This document shows, piece after piece, positions 1-8,052 of a stretch of 24,332 nt of DNA. Origin of the DNA: Nanobdellota archaeon (GTDB taxonomy: Archaea; Nanobdellota; Nanobdellia; Pacearchaeales; GW2011-AR1); assembly GCA_038045365.1 (NCBI GenBank), contig JBBSYH010000003.1:1-24332 (forward strand), read 5' to 3'. Every line of letters begins with the position of its first letter. Position 1 is the first letter of the stretch. Below the pieces are notes generated by a model. The model saw nothing but the letters and a program-made list of their open reading frames with translations, was not told the origin of the DNA and ran no database searches. The position numbers were made by a program, and so were the translations under genes.

Positions 1-334
1 ATCTATTTTCTCCCAATTCTAAATTAACTCCTGCTCTTTCAGAAGGAACTTCATCAGTAGTTGAATGGTTTTCTATAAAGTTGTGCTGAATGACTATTAC
101 AGTCATTAAAATAGGGGCAGACCATAGAGCTTTTAATCCTCTGAAATCTATAACTCTGTCTTTGATTTTTATAAATATAGTTTCAATTCTATAATTATGA
201 ATTTTTGTTTTTCTTACATTTTGTATTTTATGCTCAATAGTTATACCTCTAAATATCGTAGAGGAATTAAAGTGGAAAGAAGGACAGAATTTAGAAGCTG
301 AAATTAAGAAAAATAAGCTGATTGTGAAGAAACC
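1..334 (-). pseudogene. Open frame leaving the left window edge; possibly the C-terminal part of an IS4/IS5-type DDE transposase, or the N-terminus of an unrelated gene
   Basis: The minus-strand frame has no stop from 334 to 1 (about 110 codons, unusual in AT-rich DNA). It is absent from the ORF track because it leaves the window. Translation near 195-100 reads HNYRIETIFIKIKDRVIDFRGLKALWSAPILMTVIVIQHNF, resembling the R-x-x-IE-x-x-F-x-x-x-K block around the catalytic Glu of IS4/IS5 transposases. No upstream DD region is in frame, and the only in-frame ATG is at 106. Confidence 0.25.
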
Positions 335-338
335 TTAA
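231..338 (+). pseudogene. N-terminally truncated AbrB/SpoVT-type antitoxin fragment
   Basis: The frame translates as CSIVIPLNIVEELKWKEGQNLEAEIKKNKLIVKKP*. This matches the swapped-hairpin core of the two intact AbrB-type VapB genes in this window (xVxxPxxxxxxLxxKEGdxL). The frame is closed by TGA at 198-200 and has no start codon. No toxin gene follows. Confidence 0.4.
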
Positions 339-402
339 ATTTTTTTTAAAATTCCAGACGTTTACTTAACAACTCCGTTTTAAATTAATTAATATGCAAA
401 GC

Positions 403-410
403 ATTAAAAA
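403..410 (+). promoter_or_regulatory. TATA-like box for tRNA-Arg
   Basis: ATTAAAAA is centred about 27 nt upstream of tRNA position 1 (434). This is the same spacing seen at most genes in the window. Confidence 0.4.
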
Positions 411-433
411 AGGTACGCGTTCTCTAAATTTAA

Positions 434-505
434 GGGCCTATAGTTTAGTGGACAGAATCCAGCGCTTCGGACGCTGTGACCGAGGTTCGATTCCTCGTAG
501 GCCTA
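434..505 (+). tRNA. tRNA-Arg (anticodon UCG)
   Basis: A hand-folded cloverleaf fits. Acceptor GGGCCTA/TAGGCCT has a G1-U72 wobble. Anticodon stem is CAGCG/CGCTG with loop CTTCGGA (U33, anticodon TCG). T-arm is CGAGG-TTCGATT-CCTCG and the discriminator is A505. No CCA is encoded and there is no intron. Confidence 0.9.
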
Positions 506-515
506 TTTAACAAGA

Positions 516-523
516 TTTAATAA
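516..523 (+). promoter_or_regulatory. TATA box of proS (leaderless transcript predicted)
   Basis: TTTAATAA is centred 26 nt upstream of the ATG at 545. No SD-like sequence lies between them. Confidence 0.45.
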
Positions 524-544
524 TACTTACCCACATAAAGAAAT

Positions 545-2017
545 ATGGTTGAAAAAAAAGAAGAGAAAGACAACAAAGGATTGACAGTTAAGAAAAATGA
601 AAATTTTTCTGAATGGTACAGTCAGATTGTGCAAAAGGCAGAGCTGGCTGATTTGAGATATAATGTCAAAGGATTTTTAGTTTTCCAGCCTTGGTCTGTA
701 ATGGTTATGGAGAAGATATATAAATTTTTTGAGGATACACTGCAAAGTAAGCGGCATAAACCTTATTGGTTTCCAGCAGTTATTCCAGAGAGCAATTTAA
801 CAAAAGAAAGTACACATATCAAAGGATTTAAGCCAGAAGTTTTTTGGGTGACTTATGGGGGAGATAGGAAATTTGAAGAGAGACTTGCTTTAAGGCCTAC
901 TTCAGAGACTGCTTTTTATCAAATGTTTTCCTTGTGGATACGCAGTTATAATGATTTGCCTTTTAAGACATACCAAAGAGCAAATGTTTTTCGTTATGAA
1001 ACAAAAGCAACCAGACCTTTTTTAAGAAGCAGGGAATTTCATTGGATTGAAACACATTGTGTGCATGCTACAAAAGAGAATGCTGAAAATCAAGTAAAAG
1101 AAGATATGCAGACTACAAAAGAAATATTAAATGATATTTTTGGGCTGCCCTTTATCTTTTTTGAGAGGCCAACATGGGATACTTTTCCTGGAGCGGAGAA
1201 AACTTTTGCTGCAGATGTATTGAATCCTGATGGGAGAGTTGTGCAGCAGCCTTCTACGCACTTGCTCTCACAAAAATTTTCAAAAGGATTCGATGTAAAA
1301 TTTAAAGATAAAGAGGGAAAAGATAAATATGGATGGATTACATGTTATGGGCCTGCTATCTCGCGCATATTTGCAAGCATAGTAATTGTTCATGGTGATG
1401 ATAAAGGTTTGAGGTTGCCTTGGGTTCTTTCTCCTGTGCAGATTGTTGTTGTGCCTGTTAGTGATGATGTAAAAGTTGCTGAAAAAGCAAATAATTTAGT
1501 AAGCAAACTCAAAACACATTCATTTTCAGTTGAGTTGGATTCTAGCGGGAAGAGTGCAGGAGAGAAGTTTAATTATTGGGAAATGAAAGGAGTTCCTATT
1601 CGCATAGATATAGGATTAAAAGACATAAAAGAAAAAAGCGTTACTGTTTTTAGAAGGGATTTAAATGAAAAAAAAATTGTTAAAGAAGAAAATTTAATTG
1701 ATTATCTTAAAAAAGTCTCTCAGGAATTTGACAGCAATTTAAAAAAACAGGCAGATAAAGTTTTTGATGACAGAATTGTCAGTGCTCTGGATTTGAAAAG
1801 AATAAAGCAGGTTATTGAATCTGGAAAAATTGTTAGATGCGGATTTTGTTCTGTTGAGGAAGAGGGAGAAGAGTGCGCTAAAAAAATTGAGGAAGCGACA
1901 GGGGGAAAAGTCAGGGGAAGGAAGTTTGATGAGATTGGAAGAGGAAATATTGGCGGAAAATGTGCTGTATGCGGGAAAAAAGCCAAGGAAACAGTTTATA
2001 TTGCCAGGGAATATTGA
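545..2017 (+). CDS. proS: Prolyl-tRNA synthetase, archaeal/eukaryal type
   Basis: The 490-aa ORF carries class IIa blocks typical of this ProRS type (LALRPTSETAFY, FRYETKATRPFLRSREFHWIETH). It has an anticodon-binding domain and a Cys-rich C-terminal domain (CGFC...CAVCG) ending in ...IAREY with a terminal Tyr. Confidence 0.93.
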   Translation: MVEKKEEKDNKGLTVKKNENFSEWYSQIVQKAELADLRYNVKGFLVFQPWSVMVMEKIYKFFEDTLQSKRHKPYWFPAVIPESNLTKESTHIKGFKPEVFWVTYGGDRKFEERLALRPTSETAFYQMFSLWIRSYNDLPFKTYQRANVFRYETKATRPFLRSREFHWIETHCVHATKENAENQVKEDMQTTKEILNDIFGLPFIFFERPTWDTFPGAEKTFAADVLNPDGRVVQQPSTHLLSQKFSKGFDVKFKDKEGKDKYGWITCYGPAISRIFASIVIVHGDDKGLRLPWVLSPVQIVVVPVSDDVKVAEKANNLVSKLKTHSFSVELDSSGKSAGEKFNYWEMKGVPIRIDIGLKDIKEKSVTVFRRDLNEKKIVKEENLIDYLKKVSQEFDSNLKKQADKVFDDRIVSALDLKRIKQVIESGKIVRCGFCSVEEEGEECAKKIEEATGGKVRGRKFDEIGRGNIGGKCAVCGKKAKETVYIAREY

Positions 2018-2069
2018 ATTGGTGCGGATTTTATGCAATTAAAAGCAAACAACAGCTGTTCAAACAATT

Positions 2070-2447
2070 TTATTTTACAAACTCTACTCTTTCAAAATCC
2101 TTAAATTGCTCATCTCCTGTAAGAAATAAGATGTTATACTTCTTTGCTAAAATATACCCTAAGCAATCTATATAAGAGAGTTTACGAGTATAATTTTGAT
2201 GCCGAAAGGACGTCGCAAGTTTGATTGTTTCATCATCAATTTCAACGCAGAATTCTCTAAATCGCTCAAATGCGCGATTTGCTTCTTCTTTCCCGTATAC
2301 TCGCAAAAGGACATAGTGCAGTTCCATTAATTGGAGTTTCGTTGTGATAATGCTCACTTCGAATATATATTTCTTGTAATTTGGATTCTGATGAAGCAAT
2401 TCGTAAAGCGCATATGTATCGAAGAAGAAACATTGGTTTAGTCCCAT
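2070..2447 (-). CDS. vapC: PIN-domain toxin (VapC-like)
   Basis: The 125-aa ORF has an N-terminal FFFDTYAL acidic motif and a C-terminal LTGDEQF motif typical of PIN domains. It overlaps the upstream AbrB-type gene by 10 nt. Confidence 0.8.
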   Translation of the reverse strand: MGLNQCFFFDTYALYELLHQNPNYKKYIFEVSIITTKLQLMELHYVLLRVYGKEEANRAFERFREFCVEIDDETIKLATSFRHQNYTRKLSYIDCLGYILAKKYNILFLTGDEQFKDFERVEFVK

Positions 2448-2650
2448 CCTTCTCTCGCCAGATCTTTTGCCTCTTGACCAGACATTTTTCTCTTTTTAAT
2501 CATCCCATAGATGTCTGAAAGATTTGCTTTCTTGACTACTTCTATAAGAAGCGTATCATTTTCTTTCATATTCTTTTGTTCAATGAGTGTGCTTGGTACA
2601 ATTACTGCCATTGAATTTCCCCATCGTTTAAGTTTTACTTCAATTGCCAT
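2438..2650 (-). CDS. vapB: AbrB/SpoVT-family antitoxin (VapB-like)
   Basis: The 70-aa ORF contains KRWGNSMAVIVPSTLIEQKNMKENDTLLIEV, the looped-hinge-helix signature. It is translationally coupled to the PIN gene. A TATATATAAA box lies about 26 nt upstream (2671-2680). Confidence 0.8.
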   Translation of the reverse strand: MAIEVKLKRWGNSMAVIVPSTLIEQKNMKENDTLLIEVVKKANLSDIYGMIKKRKMSGQEAKDLAREGWD

Positions 2651-2752
2651 AGTTATACATTAGTATCATCTATATATAAACATTTTGGTTTTGGAATAAT
2701 ATGTCTCAATGAAAAGCTTGGTTCATCAGAGACTTTCAATTTAAATTTAGCG

Positions 2753-3418
2753 CTACTCTTGTTCCTTAAAACCTCTCCAGAATTCATAAAACGGACCGGA
2801 TAAGAAACCCCATGAGAATCCCCAAATCAACTCTTCAATTGGAGTACCGAATACAAGTAACCCACTGATATTATTTAATTTCCACCAATCATCTATAATT
2901 GCGGGATATATACCAACAAAGAAAATATAGAATACTAACATTATTAGTGCTACCAAAATACCGCTTCCTATTGCATTTTTTAATAAATCATGTCTTTTAG
3001 TGATAACAATGGCACCAGCAACCAAAAATACAATTGATGAAGAATAAATAGAATTTATCTTGAAAACAAAGGTCAAAATAATTAATAAAAATAAACAGAT
3101 TAGTCCAATAAATGCAAGAGTTTTTGATTGTTCTCTTTTTGTTTTCCTCATCTTCTTAATAAAGAACTCTTCGTAAGCAACACTTCCTATACCTCCAATA
3201 AAAAAAGAGAATAATAAATCTTCAATTCCTACTCCAAAAATAGAAAATAAATACTCTGGGTGCCAATAATCTCTAAGATAGAAAATTGCTGATAATGGTC
3301 CCATTGGAGCAACAATTAAGCTCATTATTAACATTTCTTTTCTTAAAAATTTCTTATGCAGGAATAGGACTAGCCAAACTATAAAGAAAAACATTGTCCC
3401 AATAAAATATTGAAGCAT
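2753..3418 (-). CDS. Polytopic membrane protein; possibly lycopene-cyclase-domain family (two-repeat type)
   Basis: The 221-aa ORF has about 7 hydrophobic segments. Two related motifs sit at the ends of the two halves (GVGIEDLLFSFFIGG and GTPIEELIWGFSWGF), reminiscent of the P-x-EE-hydrophobic motif of CrtYc/CrtYd-type domains. The family call is tentative. Confidence 0.6.
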   Translation of the reverse strand: MLQYFIGTMFFFIVWLVLFLHKKFLRKEMLIMSLIVAPMGPLSAIFYLRDYWHPEYLFSIFGVGIEDLLFSFFIGGIGSVAYEEFFIKKMRKTKREQSKTLAFIGLICLFLLIILTFVFKINSIYSSSIVFLVAGAIVITKRHDLLKNAIGSGILVALIMLVFYIFFVGIYPAIIDDWWKLNNISGLLVFGTPIEELIWGFSWGFLSGPFYEFWRGFKEQE

Positions 3419-3568
3419 GAATATATCAATATTTACTCATTTTTTAATGTTTTTGTTTTAGAATTGCCTGTTGTTGAATTATCTGGATATCTTGCCCCTC
3501 TACTAACCTTTAACTTAGTAATACAACTGCATAGACATGTTTTTATAGAGATTTCATTTTATTAAATA

Positions 3569-4834
3569 ATGGATATGTCGAGATTTGAGCCTGGAGATGA
3601 AGTTAGATTGCGTCTTGCGCAGGAAGAGCTTGATGGAACTATACTGGAGAGTGCAGATAAGAATATTGTATTGATAAAGCTGGAATCAGGATATAATATT
3701 GGAATTCCTAAAGAAAATATTTTGGCTGGGAGAGTTTTAAAGAAGTTTAGCGGGAGAGAATGGAAAGATGTAGTTCAGAAAATTAATCCAGAATTGCCTT
3801 GTATTGGACTTGTTATTACAGGAGGGACAATTGCCTCAAAATTAGATGCAAAAACAGGCGGAGTAAAACCACTTACGAATGCAGGAGAATTAGCTTTGTT
3901 TTATCCTGAATTGTTTTCTATGGCGAATGTCATTGTAAAGAATGAATTTTTAATATCTTCAGAGTCAATGTCGAGTTATCATTGGATAAAGATTGCAGAA
4001 AGTGTCAAGGAATTGCTTGATGACTCTAAAGTTAAAGGAGTGATTGTTACACATGGGACAGATACATTGCATTATACTGCTGCTGCTCTTTCTTTCTTTT
4101 TGAAAAATTTGAGTAAGCCTGTTGTTTTGACATATTCGCAAAGAAGTATTGACAGGGCGAGCAGTGATGCGTATTTGAATTTACAATGTGCTGCAAAAAT
4201 GGCTTTGTCAGATTGTGCTGAAGTGATGCTTGTTGGACATGCAAACTTAAATGACGAGTTTTGTCATGCTTTAAAGGGAGCTAAAGTACGGAAGATGCAT
4301 TCGAGCAGAAGAGATGCTTTTCAGCCTGTTAATTGCGAGCCAATCGCTAAAGTGTGGTCTGATAGAATTGAATTTATTTCAAAATATAAAAAAAGAAATG
4401 AGGGAAAAACTGAATTGGATGTTTCATATACTGACAAAGTTGCTCTTGTGAAATTTTATCCGGGGCAGGATCCATCTATTCTTGACTTTCATGCTTTAAA
4501 ATATAAAGGGATTGTTCTGGAAATGAGCGGTTTGGGGCATGTTGCTGCATCAGATTCTATGCAGAGCTGGGTTCCTAAACTGAAGAAACATATTCATGAC
4601 GGATTTATTATTTGTGCAGCAGCGCAGACTTTGCATGGGAGGCTTGACCCTTATGTATATGGCAATGGGCGCGAGTTAGCTGAAGCAGGAGTTATTTTTT
4701 TAGAGGACATGCTTGTTGAAACAGCTCTTGTGAAATTGGGCTTTGTTCTTGGACATTATGGATGGAAAGGCAAAGTAAAGGAAAAAATGCTGGAGAATTT
4801 TGCTGGAGAGTTGAATGAGAGATTGACTATTTAG
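3569..4834 (+). CDS. gatD: Glutamyl-tRNA(Gln) amidotransferase subunit D
   Basis: The 421-aa ORF has an N-terminal GatD-specific domain followed by a type I asparaginase fold with VITGGTIAS and THGTDTL motifs. A TTTTATAG box lies about 25 nt upstream of the ATG. Confidence 0.9.
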   Translation: MDMSRFEPGDEVRLRLAQEELDGTILESADKNIVLIKLESGYNIGIPKENILAGRVLKKFSGREWKDVVQKINPELPCIGLVITGGTIASKLDAKTGGVKPLTNAGELALFYPELFSMANVIVKNEFLISSESMSSYHWIKIAESVKELLDDSKVKGVIVTHGTDTLHYTAAALSFFLKNLSKPVVLTYSQRSIDRASSDAYLNLQCAAKMALSDCAEVMLVGHANLNDEFCHALKGAKVRKMHSSRRDAFQPVNCEPIAKVWSDRIEFISKYKKRNEGKTELDVSYTDKVALVKFYPGQDPSILDFHALKYKGIVLEMSGLGHVAASDSMQSWVPKLKKHIHDGFIICAAAQTLHGRLDPYVYGNGRELAEAGVIFLEDMLVETALVKLGFVLGHYGWKGKVKEKMLENFAGELNERLTI

Positions 4835-4865
4835 AAATTAAGGATTAAGGGATGCAACTTAAAAA

Positions 4866-5117
4866 TTATCTTTTATAGATTCTATTCCTCTTATCAAAAA
4901 CCCTCACCCAGATTATTTTTCTTTCATTGTCAATATCTATTAATGCCCTAAAATCTCCGATTCTTATTTTATAATAATTTCCTTCGTAGTGTTCAATATG
5001 TCTGAAAGGATTATCTGCTACTTCTCTGAACTTTGACTTTATTCTCTTCTGAATATCTAGCTGGAGTTTTCTAATAAATTTAGTTGCTTGATTTGAAAAT
5101 CTTACCTCATAAATCAT
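4866..5117 (-). CDS. relE: RelE/ParE-family toxin
   Basis: The 83-aa ORF contains ...ADNPFRHIEHYEGNYYKIRIGDFRALIDIDNERKIIWVRVFDKRNRIY, typical RelE-superfamily core strands. Its start overlaps the upstream small ORF. Confidence 0.8.
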   Translation of the reverse strand: MIYEVRFSNQATKFIRKLQLDIQKRIKSKFREVADNPFRHIEHYEGNYYKIRIGDFRALIDIDNERKIIWVRVFDKRNRIYKR

Positions 5118-5280
5118 TTAAAGAAGTATAATTGTCCTCTTTTTCCACTCTTGCTTTCGCTAATTCTTTCTTTGCCCAAGAAGTTAATTTTCCTTCATAC
5201 AGTAAAATCCTATTTAGTAGTTCTATTTGTTTTTGTAATTTTAATATATCTTGATGCACTGTATCTATAGTTGTTTCCAT
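5107..5280 (-). CDS. Small antitoxin partner of RelE (57 aa, below the ORF-track size cut-off)
   Basis: Hand translation gives METTIDTVHQDILKLQKQIELLNRILLYEGKLTSWAKKELAKARVEKEDNYTSLNDL*. Its stop overlaps the relE ATG by 11 nt (AATGATTTATGA). The TATA box at 5303-5310 is at the correct distance. Confidence 0.7.
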   Translation of the reverse strand: METTIDTVHQDILKLQKQIELLNRILLYEGKLTSWAKKELAKARVEKEDNYTSLNDL

Positions 5281-5302
5281 GCTTTATCTAAAACAGCAGG
5301 CG

Positions 5303-5310
5303 TTTAAATA
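5303..5310 (-). promoter_or_regulatory. TATA box of the relE-antitoxin operon
   Basis: TTTAAATA (near-palindromic) is centred 26-27 nt upstream of the ATG at 5280. Confidence 0.5.
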
Positions 5311-5374
5311 ACTTACGAAAACTGAACTGACTGCATTAGAAAAATATGTTTTACATATCCAGAATAAAGTGATT

Positions 5375-5855
5375 ATGGATTCAAAGGATGATTTTTTAAT
5401 TGAACGAGCAGAACATGAGATTGCTGTAATTATTATATAAACTGAGTTCTAATTCTCCTGAAAAAACAGCATTAAATGTTCCTTTAAGCAGTACTTTTTA
5501 TAGCGCAGTTATAAGCCATGCTCATTATGCAATATTTTATAGCGCAAAATATTATCTTTTATCTAAAAATATAGCAATACAAGAACAGGGACAGCATAAT
5601 TTTGTATATCAAAAGTTCAAGAAACTTGTCAAAACAGAAGCATTAGATGATGAACTTTTAAATATTTATGAAGATGTAAAAGTTAAAGCAAAAACATTAC
5701 TTTTAATTTTGGAAGATGAAGAGGAAAAGCGAACAGAATATACCTACAAAACCTATCCTCAGGCAAATAATGAGCCTGCTGAAAAGTCAATTGAAAATGC
5801 CAAGTTCTTTGTTGCACATATAAGAAAATTCGCTGAAAAAAGTAGAAGTAGCTAA
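5375..5855 (+). pseudogene. HEPN-domain gene disrupted by a single-base frameshift
   Basis: ATG 5375 opens MDSKDDFLIERAEHEIAVIII*, with a stop at 5438. The +1 frame from 5430 to 5855 is open for 141 codons with no Met. It reads ...FYSAVISHAHYAIFYSAKYYLLSKNIAIQEQGQHNFVYQKF...EEKRTEYTYKTYPQANNEPAEKSIENAKFFVAHIRKF. This layout is HEPN-like: helix pair, conserved H, R..Y block and C-terminal helix. Removing T5438 fuses the two frames. Confidence 0.65.
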
Positions 5856-5880
5856 AAAGTTATTTTTCTAAAAGAAATAA

Positions 5881-6552
5881 TCAACTAAATTGTGAAAGAC
5901 ATTTGTTTTTTGTGCTCGTGGAGATAATACGGTTGCATAACTTTTGGTCTTGTCGCGCTTTGGCTGCTATCTCTAAACATTGGTCTACATATGGTTCTAA
6001 AGATGATATTTTTTTGCACCAATTAACAGCATCTGGAACTTGTTCTACAAAGTTGATAAAGCAGTAAAATCTTGTATCTCCGTTAATTCCTGCATTAACT
6101 GAAACTTTCTCGCAATAAGTGTAATCTTTGATAAGTTCAGCATAGGTAGCATAGCAACCAGAATCGCCAGTTGATTTAAACTCCTTTTCACAGCTCTTTA
6201 GATCTGTCTTTTCCAACTTCATTTTTATAGAACTGGCATTTGATAGATTTTCGTAAGAGGAAAAGAGCATTGTTGTTGCAATAAATAGTACAATCCATAT
6301 TATCCTAAGGATAAAACATAGCCTTGAGAATTTTTCTTTCTTAATGAAAAACCCTACTATTGATACTATAGCTAAAATAATTCCAATTACATATAAAATA
6401 AAATATAAAGGTAATAAAATATCGCAGGAAAAGCTAGATCCTGTTACAAAGCTACATCCAAATGACTTAAAGATGAATGCAAATGTTCCAAAAATAATTG
6501 ATAATACGAAAAAGACATTAAGAATAACTTTTCCTACAGTCTTGTAGTCCAT
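5881..6552 (-). CDS. Membrane protein with Cys-rich extracytoplasmic C-terminal domain
   Basis: The 223-aa ORF has three N-terminal hydrophobic helices followed by a roughly 110-aa domain with 9 regularly spaced Cys (CEKEF...GCYATY...YCEKV...YCFINF...WCKKI...QCLEI...LCNRI...KCLSQ). No family was recognised. Confidence 0.7.
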   Translation of the reverse strand: MDYKTVGKVILNVFFVLSIIFGTFAFIFKSFGCSFVTGSSFSCDILLPLYFILYVIGIILAIVSIVGFFIKKEKFSRLCFILRIIWIVLFIATTMLFSSYENLSNASSIKMKLEKTDLKSCEKEFKSTGDSGCYATYAELIKDYTYCEKVSVNAGINGDTRFYCFINFVEQVPDAVNWCKKISSLEPYVDQCLEIAAKARQDQKLCNRIISTSTKNKCLSQFS

Positions 6553-6566
6553 GGTATCTTATATCT

Positions 6567-7721
6567 TTATAGATTTATAAATATTTTGTCGGAATTTTTA
6601 GATTGTATTATTTTATTGATTTTGTTGATTATTTTAGGCCAGACAAACTGCTTTACAGAGAGGCGCGCTGTATTTTTTATTTTTTGAGCTTTTGACGAAG
6701 AGAGTGAAAGTGTTTTGTCGAGGAGGGATGCGAGTGCTTTTGCATTTGCCACAGGGAAGAGAAATCCGTTTTTGCTGTCTTGGATAAGATCAGAATTGCC
6801 TGGATTTTTACTGGCAAGGACGAGCTTGCCTCTTGCTAATGCCTCAACTAATGATTGTGGCATACCTTCACTTATTGAAGGCAGAATAAATATTCTTGCC
6901 TCATCGATTTTCTTTATTTTTTCTTTGATGTCAAGAATAGGATGAGAGAAAATAACGCGATTTGCCAGATTAAGAGAAAAAATAAGAGCTTTTAGTTTTT
7001 GCAGATAATTTGATTCTGTCGGGCCGACAATTTCCAATTTTATGGATTTATCATTTATTAAAGGAAGAGCTTTAATTGCTGTTTCTAAGTTTTTTATTGG
7101 AGAGATTCTTCCGAGAAAAAGAATTTTATTTTCTTCTTTTGTTTTTGCTTTTTTGATTTTAAAGAATTCTTCAGGAATGCCATTTGGAATGTAAGCAATT
7201 TTCTCTTTGGGGATTTTTAGTCTTAATAAGTAAGGGATTTCCCAATTAGTTATTGCTATTATTTTTGTGAATTTGTTTAGTTTTTTTCTAGCAATGAAAG
7301 AATCGTAAAATGAAACTGCTATTTTTGATAAAAGAGAGCGCGTTTCAGAACGCTCGAATGGAGCATGAGTTACTAGGAAGACAGGAATTTTCAAATGATT
7401 ACCTATTTTGAGAGCGCGAGTTGTATGTGTGTGCCTATACGCATGGGTAATGATTATATCTGGGTTGAAAGCAAGAGCTTCTTTGTCAAACTTCCATGAC
7501 GAGAAACTTTCACCGCCAAGTTTATGCGCTGGAAAACGAGTGATTGAAACAGAGCCAAGAGAATCTCTTGAAGAAGCTATTTCTGATGAGCCCTTTGTGT
7601 GATTTGTGGAAAAGATTGCTACTTTATGGCCTTTTTTTGCTAACCTTATGGATTCCTCGCGAACGCGCGCGAATACACCGCATGTTCCTGCGCTGTAAGT
7701 TGTCAGTTCAAGTATTCTCAT
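6567..7721 (-). CDS. GT-B fold glycosyltransferase (GT4 / Glycos_transf_1 type)
   Basis: The 384-aa ORF has an N-terminal MRILELTTYSAG..G Rossmann-like start. The C-terminal half carries LFLGRISPIKN and the E-x7-E region (PSISEGMPQSLVEALARG). Confidence 0.85.
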   Translation of the reverse strand: MRILELTTYSAGTCGVFARVREESIRLAKKGHKVAIFSTNHTKGSSEIASSRDSLGSVSITRFPAHKLGGESFSSWKFDKEALAFNPDIIITHAYRHTHTTRALKIGNHLKIPVFLVTHAPFERSETRSLLSKIAVSFYDSFIARKKLNKFTKIIAITNWEIPYLLRLKIPKEKIAYIPNGIPEEFFKIKKAKTKEENKILFLGRISPIKNLETAIKALPLINDKSIKLEIVGPTESNYLQKLKALIFSLNLANRVIFSHPILDIKEKIKKIDEARIFILPSISEGMPQSLVEALARGKLVLASKNPGNSDLIQDSKNGFLFPVANAKALASLLDKTLSLSSSKAQKIKNTARLSVKQFVWPKIINKINKIIQSKNSDKIFINL

Positions 7722-7839
7722 TTATTAACATTGAGAGCTTAGATTTTAAAGCTTTTGTCAAACAGACTATAGATTTTCAACAGAGTAAATTAATTCTAAA
7801 GATTTATAAACTATAATTTCTATGGTAAATATAGTTACT

Positions 7840-8052
7840 ATGGAAATTACAACAATACAGTTGAGCAAGGAAATGAAGAATAAGATAGCTACATTTGGAA
7901 CAAAAGGGGAAAGTTACGAAAAAATTCTTAAACGAATATATTCAATGGCTGTAAAGGAGCAATTAAGGGAGTTTTTAATGTCTGAAGAGGGCTTTGTTCC
8001 AATTGAAGAAGCAATTAAAGAGGCAGACAATAAATGGCCAAAGTCGAAATAG
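7840..8052 (+). CDS. Small antitoxin, archaeal VapB-like (PF02697-like) N-terminus
   Basis: MEITTIQLSKEMKNKIATFGTKGESYEKILKRI matches the xTIxLsxExxxxLxxxKxxgESfsxxIxxL pattern of archaeal putative antitoxins. The track start is 7822. However, TTTATAAA at 7803-7810 predicts a transcription start near 7833, which favours ATG 7840. The ORF overlaps the downstream toxin gene by 19 nt. Confidence 0.65.
   Translation: MEITTIQLSKEMKNKIATFGTKGESYEKILKRIYSMAVKEQLREFLMSEEGFVPIEEAIKEADNKWPKSK

Noticed and set aside
1720-2042. Track ORFs 1720-1986(-), 1739-2038(-), 1815-2042(+) and 1960-2175(+) overlapping the 3' end of proS
   Set aside because: They are antisense or off-frame shadows of a confidently identified gene. 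Their translations are low-complexity (Ser/Phe/Leu-rich), with no promoter spacing and no motifs.
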